Source: an uncultured bacterium
GTDB lineage: Bacteria; Patescibacteriota; Patescibacteriia; UBA9570; XYC2-FULL-38-9
DNA: 64,000 bases
NCBI GenBank assembly: GCA_937996685.1
Contig: CALKUP010000016.1
Span: 85,879-149,878, forward strand
Reading direction: 5' to 3'
Positions 47,195-58,200 of this stretch are shown in pieces. The translations under genes and the position numbers were made by a program. Under the pieces are notes generated by a model. The model was not told the origin of the DNA. It ran no database searches and was given only the letters and a program-made list of their open reading frames with translations. Each line of letters begins with the position of its first letter. Positions within the stretch are counted from its first letter, which is position 1.

Positions 47195-48007
47195 TTATCG
47201 TGGATTGTATGATCCAAGGAGGCATTTCCAAATAATAACCAACAAATCAATATGTCCGAGGTGGTTGATTTTTGTTGGGATTTTTCCTGAGTCTGGATAT
47301 GCGCGGGTAACAGGAATTTCTTTTGTGACAAGCCCAAGGCGTGGCGCGCGAACACTCAAATAGGCGAGAAGTTCATAGGTGCTGAAGATGTCACGAAATG
47401 GTTCAACGCGCGGATCAAGTAACATTTTTTTACTGTATCCACGGAATCCGTTTGTTGTGTCGGTGTACCAGAAATGCGCTGCAAGAGAGAGGACAGGGGC
47501 GTGGACAAATCGAATTCCGGCCCAACGAGCAAATGGGGTGTTAATTGCTTTACCTCCTGGAACAAAGCGAGATCCTTGAATAAAGTCACCACCTTTTTTG
47601 AGTTCTTCAATGAAACTTGGAATCGCTTCAACGCCATCTTTGCCGTTCCCGTCAACGGTGATAATACCTTCGTATCCTTGTAGTAATGCGTATGAATAGG
47701 CCATGCGTAGTTGTGCTGAAAGTTTTCCGGGACCTGTTTTGACAAGTAGTGTCCGCACACCAAGAAAGCGCATGATTTCTTCGGCAGTTGATCCGTCTGA
47801 GCTGCCGCCGTCTGCAATAATGATATCAGCGTGGTTTTGGATCCCGGCGTCAAGAATTTTTTGCAGTTGCATTTTAATGCGCTCACCTTCGTTGATGATT
47901 GGAATCACAACACAGTAGTCTTTTTGTTTTGTGCTGTATTCATGTGTGTCATATGACGGGACTTGCCACTGTGATGAATCGATTGTTGTGTGAGTTGATT
48001 GTTCCAT
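47195..48007 (-). CDS. GT2-family polyprenyl-phosphate sugar synthase-like glycosyltransferase (DPM1/GtrB-type catalytic domain)
   Basis: YCVVIPIINEGERI...ADIIIADGGSSDGST, the GT-A DxD region typical of dolichyl/undecaprenyl-phosphate glycosyltransferases. 270 aa. Confidence 0.65.
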   Translation of the reverse strand: MEQSTHTTIDSSQWQVPSYDTHEYSTKQKDYCVVIPIINEGERIKMQLQKILDAGIQNHADIIIADGGSSDGSTAEEIMRFLGVRTLLVKTGPGKLSAQLRMAYSYALLQGYEGIITVDGNGKDGVEAIPSFIEELKKGGDFIQGSRFVPGGKAINTPFARWAGIRFVHAPVLSLAAHFWYTDTTNGFRGYSKKMLLDPRVEPFRDIFSTYELLAYLSVRAPRLGLVTKEIPVTRAYPDSGKIPTKINHLGHIDLLVIIWKCLLGSYNPR

Positions 48008-48024
48008 AGTGAAAGGCTAAAAAA

Positions 48025-48843
48025 TTATTGATAGATATGAGAAACAAATTCAGCAGCTTGCGTTACGGCGATGGTGTTTCGTGTTGTTAGGCCGTCTTTC
48101 ATTTCTACTGTCACCCAACCAGTGTAGTTGATATCACGCAGCGCCTCAGCAGCACTCATGTGAATGTCCGTTGTTTCTGGGAGTCCAACTTGAGATAGCT
48201 CGGGTGCTGCAACATGAAAATGCTTGAGTAGCGCGCCGCTCTTTCGGATAACCGCTGGAATATCGTCGTTCATCATGATCATTGAGCCAGTATCGAGATG
48301 AAGTTTCACGCCAGGGTGATTCACTGCGGTGACAAATGCGATGCCTTCTTCGGCAGTCCGAATAAAGTCGCAACCGTATGCCGCAGCGTTTGGTTCGATG
48401 ACGATGCAGGTATTGTGTTGAACAGCAGATTCGCCCATTTGACGAAATGCGTCGATTGCAATAGTGGTTGCTTCCTCAAGAGGCAAGTCTCCGCGGACGC
48501 GATTTTTTGGTGATCCAAATACAACTGCTGAGACGCCAAGTTTTCCGGCGACGGCAACCATTGCGTTGGTAAATGCAATCATCTCCGCGCGGACAGTGGG
48601 TGATCCGAATAGTTGGTGCTGTGGGAATCCAAAGTGAATGGATTGTGCGCCGGCAATGGCAATATTGTTTTGTGTCCAATAATCAATTACCGCTTGAATG
48701 TCAGCGTCTGTTGCGGTAAGTGGTTCTGCGAAAATTTTTGAGAGCGCGAAGTCAACGCCGGTAATGCCATTGTTATGCATGATGTCGATGACGGCTGCGT
48801 TTTCGTCAGGTGACCATGCGATATTTGAGAGTGAGAGTTTCAT
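48025..48843 (-). CDS. Xylose-isomerase-like TIM-barrel sugar-phosphate isomerase/epimerase
   Basis: 272 aa with an AP-endonuclease-2/xylose-isomerase-like TIM barrel (N-terminus MKLSLSNIAWSP...). Confidence 0.6.
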   Translation of the reverse strand: MKLSLSNIAWSPDENAAVIDIMHNNGITGVDFALSKIFAEPLTATDADIQAVIDYWTQNNIAIAGAQSIHFGFPQHQLFGSPTVRAEMIAFTNAMVAVAGKLGVSAVVFGSPKNRVRGDLPLEEATTIAIDAFRQMGESAVQHNTCIVIEPNAAAYGCDFIRTAEEGIAFVTAVNHPGVKLHLDTGSMIMMNDDIPAVIRKSGALLKHFHVAAPELSQVGLPETTDIHMSAAEALRDINYTGWVTVEMKDGLTTRNTIAVTQAAEFVSHIYQ

Positions 48844-48847
48844 GGCG

Positions 48848-49684
48848 TTATTGTTTTACTGGTGGATTACCAAGGCCTTGTGCGATGCGTTCGCGTTCCT
48901 CGGCGACAAACTGTCTAATGCCGGCAACAGATTCTTCTTTTGAATAGAGGTACATGCCCGTTTTACCAAACGCTTCCGCGTGATTTGTTTGGATATTGTA
49001 ATGCCATGGCATTTTATCAGCAGGACGATTTGTAAAATCAACATCAAATACAAGCTTGGCCATTTCCGCTGCTTGAATTGGCTCAACAGCGATGTTGAGG
49101 AGTGAAATTCCTGCGCTCAAGGCAGTCTGAATATCTCGGCTTAAGTTTCCAAGGTCGTAAAATTGGTACATGCTGTCTGCGTGAGTGAACTCAAGAGCGT
49201 TCGTGTAGATGAGATCGTAAATGAAGTTTTTCTTAATCCCTGCGCCATAGAGTCCTGGGAGGCGAACAATCAGGTGTTTTGGAAAATGAGTTTTAACAAA
49301 TTCTTCTAAGACATATCGATTCGCGCCATATGGACTGTTTTGTGTTGGATCGATAGTCGTGTCTTCAGTGACCTCGCTGCGGTGTTGTTCTGGGTAGACG
49401 TCAACACTGGAAATGAGCACAAGTGTTTCGGCAGTGATCGTTTTTAGGTGCTCCATGAGGGCATTAAGCGCTTCCATGTCTTCTTCTGGGTGTTGATTCG
49501 CGTACCAAACAACTGCTGGGGCGCCAGCGCTCACAACGAGATCATAGTTTTTGCCGTTGATGTCGTGGATATTTTTTGTGTTGTAGAGGTCTAAGAAAGG
49601 GGAGAGGGTGCCGTTTTCGCCGTTTGATTTTGACAAAATATTACCACCAACAAATCCGGTATATCCAATAAGTGCTGTCTTCAT
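48848..49684 (-). CDS. NAD(P)-binding Rossmann-fold epimerase/reductase-like protein
   Basis: N-terminal MKTALIGYTGFVGGNI (GxxGxxG). Start set at the ATG at 49684; the track ORF begins about 56 codons upstream. About 279 aa. Confidence 0.5.
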   Translation of the reverse strand: MKTALIGYTGFVGGNILSKSNGENGTLSPFLDLYNTKNIHDINGKNYDLVVSAGAPAVVWYANQHPEEDMEALNALMEHLKTITAETLVLISSVDVYPEQHRSEVTEDTTIDPTQNSPYGANRYVLEEFVKTHFPKHLIVRLPGLYGAGIKKNFIYDLIYTNALEFTHADSMYQFYDLGNLSRDIQTALSAGISLLNIAVEPIQAAEMAKLVFDVDFTNRPADKMPWHYNIQTNHAEAFGKTGMYLYSKEESVAGIRQFVAEERERIAQGLGNPPVKQ

Positions 49685-49735
49685 AAAGAATGTATAGACT
49701 AATAATTTTGTGTAGTATAGCGATTTTTTGGCGAA

Positions 49736-50878
49736 ATGTCGAATGAGTGTTATGCTGTTTTTATGATTAATACAGCAGATACAACGTGGGATGTCGTGAT
49801 TATTGGGGGTGGTTTTTATGGAGCCACGCTCGCATTGTTTTTTGCGCAACAAGGCAAGCGTGTCGTCATTCTTGAGAAATCAGATCAGTTGTTTACTGGC
49901 GCATCATATGTCAATCAGGCGCGTGTCCATAATGGGTATCATTATCCGCGGAGTATTATCACTGCGTTGCGTTCTCGGATTAATTTTAATCGTTTTATTA
50001 CGGATTATCCTGAGGTTATTGATTCTGATTTTGAAAAAATTTACGCCATTGCAAAAAATCATTCAAAAGTTACCGCGCGTCAATTTGCGTTATTTTGTCA
50101 AAATATCGGAGCCGAATTTCGCCCGGCTGATGCAGATATCGCTTCTTTGTTTAATAAGGACACAACGGAAAGTGTATTTACAGTGAAAGAGTACGCCTTT
50201 AATTCAATGATATTGCGAGATCTCTGCCTTACAGCACTTGAAAAGGCTGGGGTTGATATTTTGTATAACACAACAGCTGCAAAGGTGTCGCAAGGGGTTG
50301 AGGCAGGCACGGTGCTTGTTGAAACTGAGCAAGGCGGAGGCTATCTCGCTGGCAAGGTGATTAACTGTGCCTACGCTGGAATTAATGAGGTATTGCGAGC
50401 GTCAGAGTTGCCGCTTCTGGGAATGAAATATGAATATACAGAAATGGGGCTTGTTGAAATGCCAGAGCCGCTCCGCAAGATTGGAATCACTGTCATGGAC
50501 GGACCATTTTTTTCCATGATGCCATTTCCAGCAGCTGGTGCAGTACACTCATTGAGTCATGTTCGGTATACTCCGCATTTTACATGGACTGAACATGATG
50601 ACCAGGCGGTTGTTAAAGAGCGTTTGTCACATATCCAAGAAAAGCATGTTTCAAATACGCCAATGATGATTGCGGATGTGAAGCGTTTTTTACCGATATG
50701 CTCAGACATTGTCGTAAAGCAGTCTATTTGGACAACAAAAACTATTTTACAGGAAAATGAACATGATGATGGTCGTCCTATTTTGTATCGCCCAAACTAT
50801 GGGGGAATACAGAATTTTTCTGTTGTGATGGGAGGAAAAATTGATAATATCTACGATATTTTGGCGGTGATTTCATAA
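49736..50878 (+). CDS. FAD-dependent oxidoreductase (DAO/GR2-type dinucleotide-binding fold)
   Basis: WDVVIIGGGFYGATLALFFAQQGKRVVILEK (a GxGxxG beta-alpha-beta motif with a terminal acidic residue). 380 aa. An alternative start at 49763 is possible. Confidence 0.65.
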   Translation: MSNECYAVFMINTADTTWDVVIIGGGFYGATLALFFAQQGKRVVILEKSDQLFTGASYVNQARVHNGYHYPRSIITALRSRINFNRFITDYPEVIDSDFEKIYAIAKNHSKVTARQFALFCQNIGAEFRPADADIASLFNKDTTESVFTVKEYAFNSMILRDLCLTALEKAGVDILYNTTAAKVSQGVEAGTVLVETEQGGGYLAGKVINCAYAGINEVLRASELPLLGMKYEYTEMGLVEMPEPLRKIGITVMDGPFFSMMPFPAAGAVHSLSHVRYTPHFTWTEHDDQAVVKERLSHIQEKHVSNTPMMIADVKRFLPICSDIVVKQSIWTTKTILQENEHDDGRPILYRPNYGGIQNFSVVMGGKIDNIYDILAVIS

Positions 50879-50928
50879 TGTGCTGCAGGGTTGTTTTTTG
50901 TCGAACATTCCGTTAGAATAAGCAGAGT

Positions 50929-53382
50929 ATGAAAAAAAATAGTCACCGAAGGTATTTAGATTTTTTGTTACGATTTTTAGATATTTTTGAAAAAAATACA
51001 GATACAGCGTACTTGTGGATCGGTGTCTTGATATACGGAATTGTGTTGTATTTTGCTTCAATGGAGGCCTTGCAGCACGCGTTTTATTTTGATGGATATC
51101 CAACCAACGGAGCTTTTCAATTACTGGATCCATTACGACGAGTCGCTGATGGTCAAATTGTTGGCAAAGATTTTTTTGTGTTTCATGGGATTGGAGCGGT
51201 CTTTCTTCACTATCCAATTTTTGCATTGTTCGGTAAAAATATTTTCGCGTCCCAATTGGCGCATTATTTTGTTTCCCCCTTGCTATTTATGTTGAGTAGC
51301 ATTTTGTTTGGTTTTGTTGTGTTTGAAAAAGAATGGAGAAAGGGCATCTTTGTGACATCAATAGTCGTCGGATATTATTGGATGCGTCAGTCAATTTTAA
51401 TCACTCCAGGAAACTCCATTCTCGGTGTTCGGTCTATCGGGCCAATTTTTGGGTTTGTCTTGTTGTATGCTGCTTTGCGTTTTGGTTTCCAAAAAATAAG
51501 TCGGTCACTAGAAGATCAGTCACTCGCTCGACGAATTGCATGGAATCAGCATGGCGCATTTGGTGCTGTTGCCGGGCTTGTGTGTGCTGCAGTTTTTTTT
51601 ATTAGCACAGAGCATGGGCTTGCGTTTGTCCTTGGTTTTGGTGTTGCAACGCTGCTTGTCTATCCGGCTTCTGTACCGCACCGTTTCGTTGTTGCGTGTG
51701 TGAGCGGTGTATCATTTTTGTTGGGTGTAACGATTCTTTTTTCGATGGCATCGGGTCGATATGCTCTTGATGCGATTCGTTATGCGCTGGTTGATGTTCC
51801 GTCAGATCAATTTTGGTATTTTGGCGCTCCGCCAAATCGGTATTTGACTCAAGGCATTGATAGCGATTGGTTTATCCCGATATTATTCTTTACGGTCCTT
51901 GCTTTAACGGCTGTGTTGTTCGTTGTTGCGTATAAAAAACGTTCGTTTGCCCACTACAGTGTATGGATGGTGTTATTGTACTCTCTTGGAACATTTATCC
52001 CGCAACTCGGATACTACGGCCGATCATATGCTGAGCCGGCTGTACGTATGCTTGTTGGTTTGGCTATTGTGTTATTGTGGAGCCAGCGAACGCGTATTGG
52101 CGCTGTCGCGGAGCGCATAACGCAACGCATGACATATCCGAGTGTATTTGTGTTTGTGTGCATATTGTTTCTTGTGTACGGATTTTTTACAGTAAAGCAA
52201 ACAGCCTATTACATACAGTCGCCAATGCAGCAATTGCGTCATTTAGTTGTTGGTTTGCCACGTAAACGATCTTCGGTGACATTAGATGGCGCAATGGTGT
52301 CTGATAAATGGGCGAAGCGGTATGCGGTTGCAGTGAATGCAATGAGTGATGATCTCTTTTTTATCGAACCTGTCACAAATGAAGACTGGAAGAATGGTGT
52401 GAGTAAAAATAAAATGCACATCTTGGTGCGCTCAACAGTAAAGCGGCAGCGCTTATTGCAAGCTGGACAAACAATTCAATTGCCTCAGACAGGTAAGCAC
52501 ACTGTGATTTCTGTGCAACCATGGGAAGGTGATATTGTAGAAGTTGCGCTTGATAAACCAGTTGATGTTGCATTAGATGTATACCCTGCGGCAGTTGATT
52601 TTTCAAAATCAAAGCGCCCATTATTATGGTCTACATACGCTGGTGTTATTGAGTCTCAGTTGAATGTTTTTCATCCGTCATATGATTATATTATTCATGC
52701 CTTAGGAGAAAAAAAACGAGCACAATATGTCAGCGACCTCAAGGAGATGAAGCCGCGTTATGTTTCAGTGGTGCGTGATGATTTTTTCATCTATGAGCCA
52801 TGGCTACGGAGTGAAAATTGGCCGTTTTATAAGGCATTGTTAGAGCAGTATGTACCGACTACGTCTTCCGATTACGCTGTGATGTTTAAACGAAATAAAA
52901 AATCAAGTATTGAAAAAACTGGCCCTGAGACAGACATTGAAATTATCCCGCATGTTGGCATTGAGCCGTTTGCTTCTTTTTACCCAGTAAAAATTGATGA
53001 GGCAAAGCCACAGATTCTTATCATGACACTGCAGTATACTGTCCATAATCCATGGAGCGCAGTGCCGTACATTGGTAAAGTGCCACGATATATTGTTCAT
53101 TCAAGTACTGCTGGAACGCAAGATCAGCATGTGATTCCAACTGCTCTCATTCCATATCAAACAACAATGGAGATTCCTTTTGTCATTACGGACAAAGATC
53201 GATTAGTTGAACTATCCCTTGAGACAGCGTTTCGATTGCCTGGACTGTCTGTCTCTATTGATCGAGCCTCTTATCATCTCATGACATTAACACCGGAAGC
53301 AACAGATCTATTTTTAAAAGAGTATCGTCCAAAAGACGTTATTCTGAAAGAAAAAACGCAAGGGTTACCGGAAGAGGAGTGA
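50929..53382 (+). CDS. Giant hypothetical membrane protein (817 aa): N-terminal domain of about 13 TM plus a C-terminal soluble domain of about 330 aa
   Basis: Long ORF with a hydrophobic N-terminal half and a hydrophilic C-terminal half. No recognisable catalytic motif. Confidence 0.55.
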   Translation: MKKNSHRRYLDFLLRFLDIFEKNTDTAYLWIGVLIYGIVLYFASMEALQHAFYFDGYPTNGAFQLLDPLRRVADGQIVGKDFFVFHGIGAVFLHYPIFALFGKNIFASQLAHYFVSPLLFMLSSILFGFVVFEKEWRKGIFVTSIVVGYYWMRQSILITPGNSILGVRSIGPIFGFVLLYAALRFGFQKISRSLEDQSLARRIAWNQHGAFGAVAGLVCAAVFFISTEHGLAFVLGFGVATLLVYPASVPHRFVVACVSGVSFLLGVTILFSMASGRYALDAIRYALVDVPSDQFWYFGAPPNRYLTQGIDSDWFIPILFFTVLALTAVLFVVAYKKRSFAHYSVWMVLLYSLGTFIPQLGYYGRSYAEPAVRMLVGLAIVLLWSQRTRIGAVAERITQRMTYPSVFVFVCILFLVYGFFTVKQTAYYIQSPMQQLRHLVVGLPRKRSSVTLDGAMVSDKWAKRYAVAVNAMSDDLFFIEPVTNEDWKNGVSKNKMHILVRSTVKRQRLLQAGQTIQLPQTGKHTVISVQPWEGDIVEVALDKPVDVALDVYPAAVDFSKSKRPLLWSTYAGVIESQLNVFHPSYDYIIHALGEKKRAQYVSDLKEMKPRYVSVVRDDFFIYEPWLRSENWPFYKALLEQYVPTTSSDYAVMFKRNKKSSIEKTGPETDIEIIPHVGIEPFASFYPVKIDEAKPQILIMTLQYTVHNPWSAVPYIGKVPRYIVHSSTAGTQDQHVIPTALIPYQTTMEIPFVITDKDRLVELSLETAFRLPGLSVSIDRASYHLMTLTPEATDLFLKEYRPKDVILKEKTQGLPEEE

Positions 53383-54081
53383 GTATACTTTTTGTAGTCC
53401 TTGGATGACACCGACAAGAATGAGTGTGTATGTCATTGCGAGTAGCGCAGTAAGAGATGTCCAAAAAATAACAGGGGAAAGCAAGAGGCCTTTTTGTTGT
53501 TCTCGCAAGAACTGGTATCGAGAGATCATTGTAAAATAGGATTCAGTATAGATACCCTTCACAAGGAGTGTGCTGGATGGTTCGCTGTCTACACCGGCTA
53601 CCCGATTCACAATAGCTCGTGATCTCATCGGCACAACTGATACATGAGGTGTAACGAGAGCAGTGAGGTCTTTGTTTACTCGTGTGTATTCAATAACGAG
53701 TGTGTTTTTTTCGATCAAATGACCGTTGATTCGTAAGTGAATTTCACCGCTGTGAATCATATTGCTCTTAACAAGAGATGATTGAATAATCTTGTTTCCG
53801 GAGTAGATAATGATTTTTGTATTTGTGTCAGTTATGTTGTCGTACGTTGTTTCTTTGTCGACAAAAAATACCAATTCGTGTAATTGCGGTGAGTCGATGT
53901 AGTATGTTTGAAGAATTGATGTGTAGTCGTCAATATTTTTTTTATAAATCGTATTTTCAAGCTCACTGAAAGAGGTGTCTTCACGTTGATATGGAATGTG
54001 ATGCAGGGTAAAAAATGTCACGCCAACAAGTAGCGCGGATACACAAAAATATCGAATAAAAAAGAATGGCGGTTGTTTCAT
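53365..54081 (-). CDS. Hypothetical bitopic protein (238 aa) with TM helices at both termini
   Basis: ORF bracketed by hydrophobic segments (FFFIRYFCVSALLVGVTFFTL ... LTALLAMTYTLILVGVIQGL). Overlaps the end of the 817-aa gene by 18 nt, convergently. Confidence 0.4.
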   Translation of the reverse strand: MKQPPFFFIRYFCVSALLVGVTFFTLHHIPYQREDTSFSELENTIYKKNIDDYTSILQTYYIDSPQLHELVFFVDKETTYDNITDTNTKIIIYSGNKIIQSSLVKSNMIHSGEIHLRINGHLIEKNTLVIEYTRVNKDLTALVTPHVSVVPMRSRAIVNRVAGVDSEPSSTLLVKGIYTESYFTMISRYQFLREQQKGLLLSPVIFWTSLTALLAMTYTLILVGVIQGLQKVYSLLFR

Positions 54082-54084
54082 TTG

Positions 54085-55095
54085 TTACACAACGTTTACT
54101 TTTTTATTATGCTGATTGCTGATAATTGTACTGTTGTATTCTTCTGCAATAAAGTAGAGTGGCTGATCTTTTGATTCAATGAGTACCCGAGCAATGTATT
54201 CAGAAATAACAGTGAGAATAAAAAATAAAATGAAGAACATTGTTGAGTTAACAAGAGATGTGCTAATCCATCCTTCGGCAATGTGTGTTTTTTTGATCAA
54301 TGAGACAATAAACACGTAGAAGATGAAGAGGAGGTTCAAGAAGCTCGCCAAGACCCCAAGAAGTGTTGCAAGACGAAGGGGAATAAGCGAATGAGAAATC
54401 ATGACGTCGATTGCTCTCCATACTAACTGAAATAGCGGTTCCTGTGGCTTTGGTGGTTGACGTCGATAGACGCGTTCGTACGGGATGTAGAGTTGGGAGA
54501 ATCCAACTAACGCGTGAAAGTGCTTCAGATAGCGTCCTTTACTTTTAATACGAGTAATAGAGTTCACTGCTCGGCGGGTGAGGACACGGAAGTTACTTGC
54601 ATTTGGTATCACAATAAATCCAGAAATGCGAGCGTATAGCTTGTAAAACATGACTGAGAAAATATTGCGCAAAAAGGTATTATCCGATCGATCTTTGCGT
54701 TCAGCAATGACGATGTCGACGCCGTCTACAGCTGCGGCAACAAGTGTTGGGATTAGAGATGGAGGATCATGCTCTATATCAAGGAGGACAACGTAGTCTC
54801 CAATGCTGTTTTCAAGCGCTGCGGTAAAGCCGATTTCAGTTCCGTTATTGCGAGACAGTACAATGAGTCGAATGTTTGGAATCGTTGTCTGGAGTGCTCG
54901 AATTTTTTCAACTGAATCATCTGTTGACGCATTGTCGATAATTAAAATCTCAAAAAACTCATATTCATGTTGAATGGTTTCTGCAATTTCAGTGACGGTT
55001 TCTGTGATGATATCAGCGTCATTCATTGATATCAGCGCAACGGTCACCACTGATTGTAGTGGTTTTTTCGGGTGAGTTGATTCGGTTTCTGTCAT
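54085..55095 (-). CDS. GtrB-like GT2 polyprenyl-phosphate hexosyltransferase with two C-terminal TM helices
   Basis: GT-A domain (FEILIIDNASTDDS...) followed by C-terminal TM helices (LRLATLLGVLASFLNLLFIFYVFIV; FFILFFILTVISEYIARVL). This is the bactoprenol glucosyltransferase architecture. 336 aa. Confidence 0.7.
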   Translation of the reverse strand: MTETESTHPKKPLQSVVTVALISMNDADIITETVTEIAETIQHEYEFFEILIIDNASTDDSVEKIRALQTTIPNIRLIVLSRNNGTEIGFTAALENSIGDYVVLLDIEHDPPSLIPTLVAAAVDGVDIVIAERKDRSDNTFLRNIFSVMFYKLYARISGFIVIPNASNFRVLTRRAVNSITRIKSKGRYLKHFHALVGFSQLYIPYERVYRRQPPKPQEPLFQLVWRAIDVMISHSLIPLRLATLLGVLASFLNLLFIFYVFIVSLIKKTHIAEGWISTSLVNSTMFFILFFILTVISEYIARVLIESKDQPLYFIAEEYNSTIISNQHNKKVNVV

Positions 55096-55214
55096 AAAAG
55101 TAGTAAGTTGAACAAGAGTGTGCTTTGGGAGTTCGGTAACGTGTTTATTTCTTTTTAGTATGCTACTATTATTTTGGTATATTCGTCAATTAAATAGAGG
55201 GGTATTTTGTCTAT

Positions 55215-58200
55215 ATGAGTCGTCTGATAATTGCAGATTTGTTCGATAAAACACGCATCCGAGCCGCCTGTGCGCAGTGGTGGCCTGTTGGCCTTTTTTT
55301 TGGTCTTCTGGTTACGTATCTCGTCTATGGTTCATGGAGTATTGCACTTGAGTCGGGTGTGACTGATCAGGCTTCACAAGCAACGGCTTTTGGTATAGAT
55401 ATTTCAGCTCGAGTAACCCGTTTTGTGGTGAGTGTGCTTGTATTTTATGCCGTTTTTGTTGTGACGCTATTGTCATTTGCTTCTATGCAGAAGCTGAGTT
55501 CATTTCGCTCACTGTTTTTTAATACAGGACTTATTGGATTGATGGTATTTTGCGGAATGGCTCTCCATCCTGTTTCTTTCGCTGTGCCGAGTAGTCTTTG
55601 GGTTATTGCTGGGTTATGTATCACCGAAGTTGCTTTGGTGTACCTGTTTCCGTTTGAGAGCATAGGAATGATTGAGCAGCGTATATGGTTGTGGGTTTCT
55701 AGCACGCTTGGATTGTGGAGTGTTGTTGTGTATTTTTTGATGCTGGAAGGAGTTTCGTTTCTTGTGGCTACATTGTTCGGCGTGCTTGTGACTGCGGCGT
55801 GGTGTTGGCTGTTATTGTTTATAGATACGTGCGCGCAAAGAGTTGCGTTGCCTGCTTTTTTAGCACTGATTGTGCGGATAGTGTTTTTTCTGCAAGCAAC
55901 AGCGATTCTGTTCACATTGTTACCCATTTGGGTGAATGAGTCTATTGTATTGTTCCGTGTTCGGCTTGATGCTGTCGTACAGCCAGTCTCTATTGTTGCG
56001 GCTTTTTTTGCTCTATATGCTTTCCTTGTTGTTGCGTATCTTATTGTGACTCGTCATTTATCACCGCGGTCTCTTCGTGAAATGATTACGAAAGATGTTC
56101 GGTTATTGTATTACTGGGTGTATCCAATGTGTATTGTAGTTGCTTCTGTGTTTTCTTGGTATGAACTTACGACTCATGAGTCATTAGAATTATTCGAGCA
56201 AGCAAATCCTGGATTGTTGATTCAGCAGTGGTTTGATTTTGGTAAAATTCCTTTTGTCGATACATTTAATGCACATGGTTTTTCTGATGCAGTGTGGGGG
56301 TTTTTCTATACCGCGTTATTTGGTTTTTCTGCCGAACAATGGAATGCGTATGACTTTTTACAACGCGTTGTTGAGCTTGTGTTCTTTTATTATTTTCTTG
56401 GGAGCCTCACGAAGCGTTATCAATTTGCAGCTGTATTTGTTTTATTTTATTCAAGTCTCGATGTCGTTATTCCGTTTTACTTTACTCCGGCATTGGTATT
56501 GTCGTTGTTGATTGCACGATACCATAGGCACAAAACAACAACTGGATTCTTATGGTTGTTCGTTGTGTCACTTGTGTTGTTTTGGTGGAAAATTGACATC
56601 GGAAGCAGTGCGGTACTCGCTGTTCTTGCGACAGTGTGTTTTATTCAAATGAGTGATGTATCCGCTTTATTTTTTCGGAAAAAAGAACTTGTAGTAATTG
56701 CGTGCGGTGCTGCGATGGCTGGAGCTATTGGTGTTTTTTTTCTGAGTCAGCATGGTTCCATTTTTGTGGATCGATGCATGCTTGTCTTGCATATATTTAA
56801 TTCGAATCAAACATTCGGTTACCCAAAATTATCTGGTTCTGTGAACACTATTGCTGTGCTTGATTATGCCTTGATGCCGCTCGGTCTCACCGCAATGCTT
56901 GTATGGATTTTCTTGCACTACAAGACATGGGCAGTACAGTTGCGCGATCGACGAATGCTTGATGTCATTGTGTATAGTGCGTTTTTTTCACTCGCGCTGC
57001 ATACCCGCGGCTTGGTGCGGCACACATTATTGTTGGGCTATAGTTACGTTGTCTTGTCCTTTAGTATTCTTGCTTTCGGGCTTTTTGCATTTTTTTTAGT
57101 AGAGAAAAAAGATGTCATCAAGAATATCAGTAAAAATCTATCTCTGCAGAATGTGTTTGTTTTTGTGATTTTTATTCTGACGCTCACAATGTCTATGCGG
57201 ACTGAATACTTAATGCATTTATATGAGCGCTTAGAAACATCAGGATCGGTGGTTGATTATGGTGTGAGTCATTGGTTTACGATGGCGCAGCAGTCATTTC
57301 CAAAACGAGTGGTTACTTTAGAGCCAGAAAAACGTGAAGCAGCCTTTGGAAATACAAAGCGGTTTTTAGATGCTCAATTGACCCCGGATCAAACATTTTT
57401 TGATTTCAGTACAAATCCAATGTTGTATGTATACACACATCGAAAATCGCCGCATTATGCAAATCATACAATGATGTATCATGATGTATTTTTGCAAAAT
57501 GAACTTGTGCGTGAGTTACACGGTCAAGATATTCCTGTTCTTATATTCAGTGTGAGTGAGCCGGGTGTATATAATTTAGATACGATACCATTTCAGTATC
57601 GATATCCTATTGTGTCTGAGTATATCTACGGTGCGTACCGCCCATTTGCAGTGATTGACGGCAGGGAAGTCTGGGTGCGCAAAGACTGGAGTGTCCCACA
57701 CCCTGAAAAAATGGACGATATTGTTTTTCAGCCAATCGATGACAGCCGGATCAATAGCACTATGAATCTTGGTTTATTGCCTTTGCTGTTGCGACATGAT
57801 ACAGTCGCTCCTGTTCGATCACGTTTTATGATGTATCAGGCAGCTCCGAATGCAGATTTGTTAACAACACCGTCTCAGTTTGTTGGTATGCAGTTGCCGG
57901 TCGCTCAACAGATTGAGTCAACGAGCATGCTGGTTGTGCGTGGTATTGCAAGAGGAGGTAGTCGTGTGCCTGTTCAAGTGTCATTTTCTTCAAAGGATCA
58001 GAAAAAAGGCTCTGGGGTATTTCATTTTGACATGCTTGGTGATGGAGTGGAGCGACAGTACTGGATTCGTGTGAGCACGGCGTATCAGTGGTGGAATAAC
58101 ACTTCTCAATTGCGTGATGTTTTTTTTCAGCTCGACCCAAATCCGGTTTCTGGTTTTGAGGTGGTGCCAAAAAATGATCAATCATCGACAACTGAGTCTG

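Noticed and set aside
47185-47355. Upstream 57-codon extension of the 45460-47355 ORF overlapping the GT2 gene by 160 nt
   Set aside because: The internal ATG at 47184 (MRITTFHK) precedes the first TM helix and removes the long overlap. The extension is hydrophilic and unconserved-looking.
55445-55927. 160-aa minus-strand ORF inside the 1008-aa membrane protein gene
   Set aside because: Antisense to a long ORF with strong hydrophobic periodicity. No start context or conserved features.
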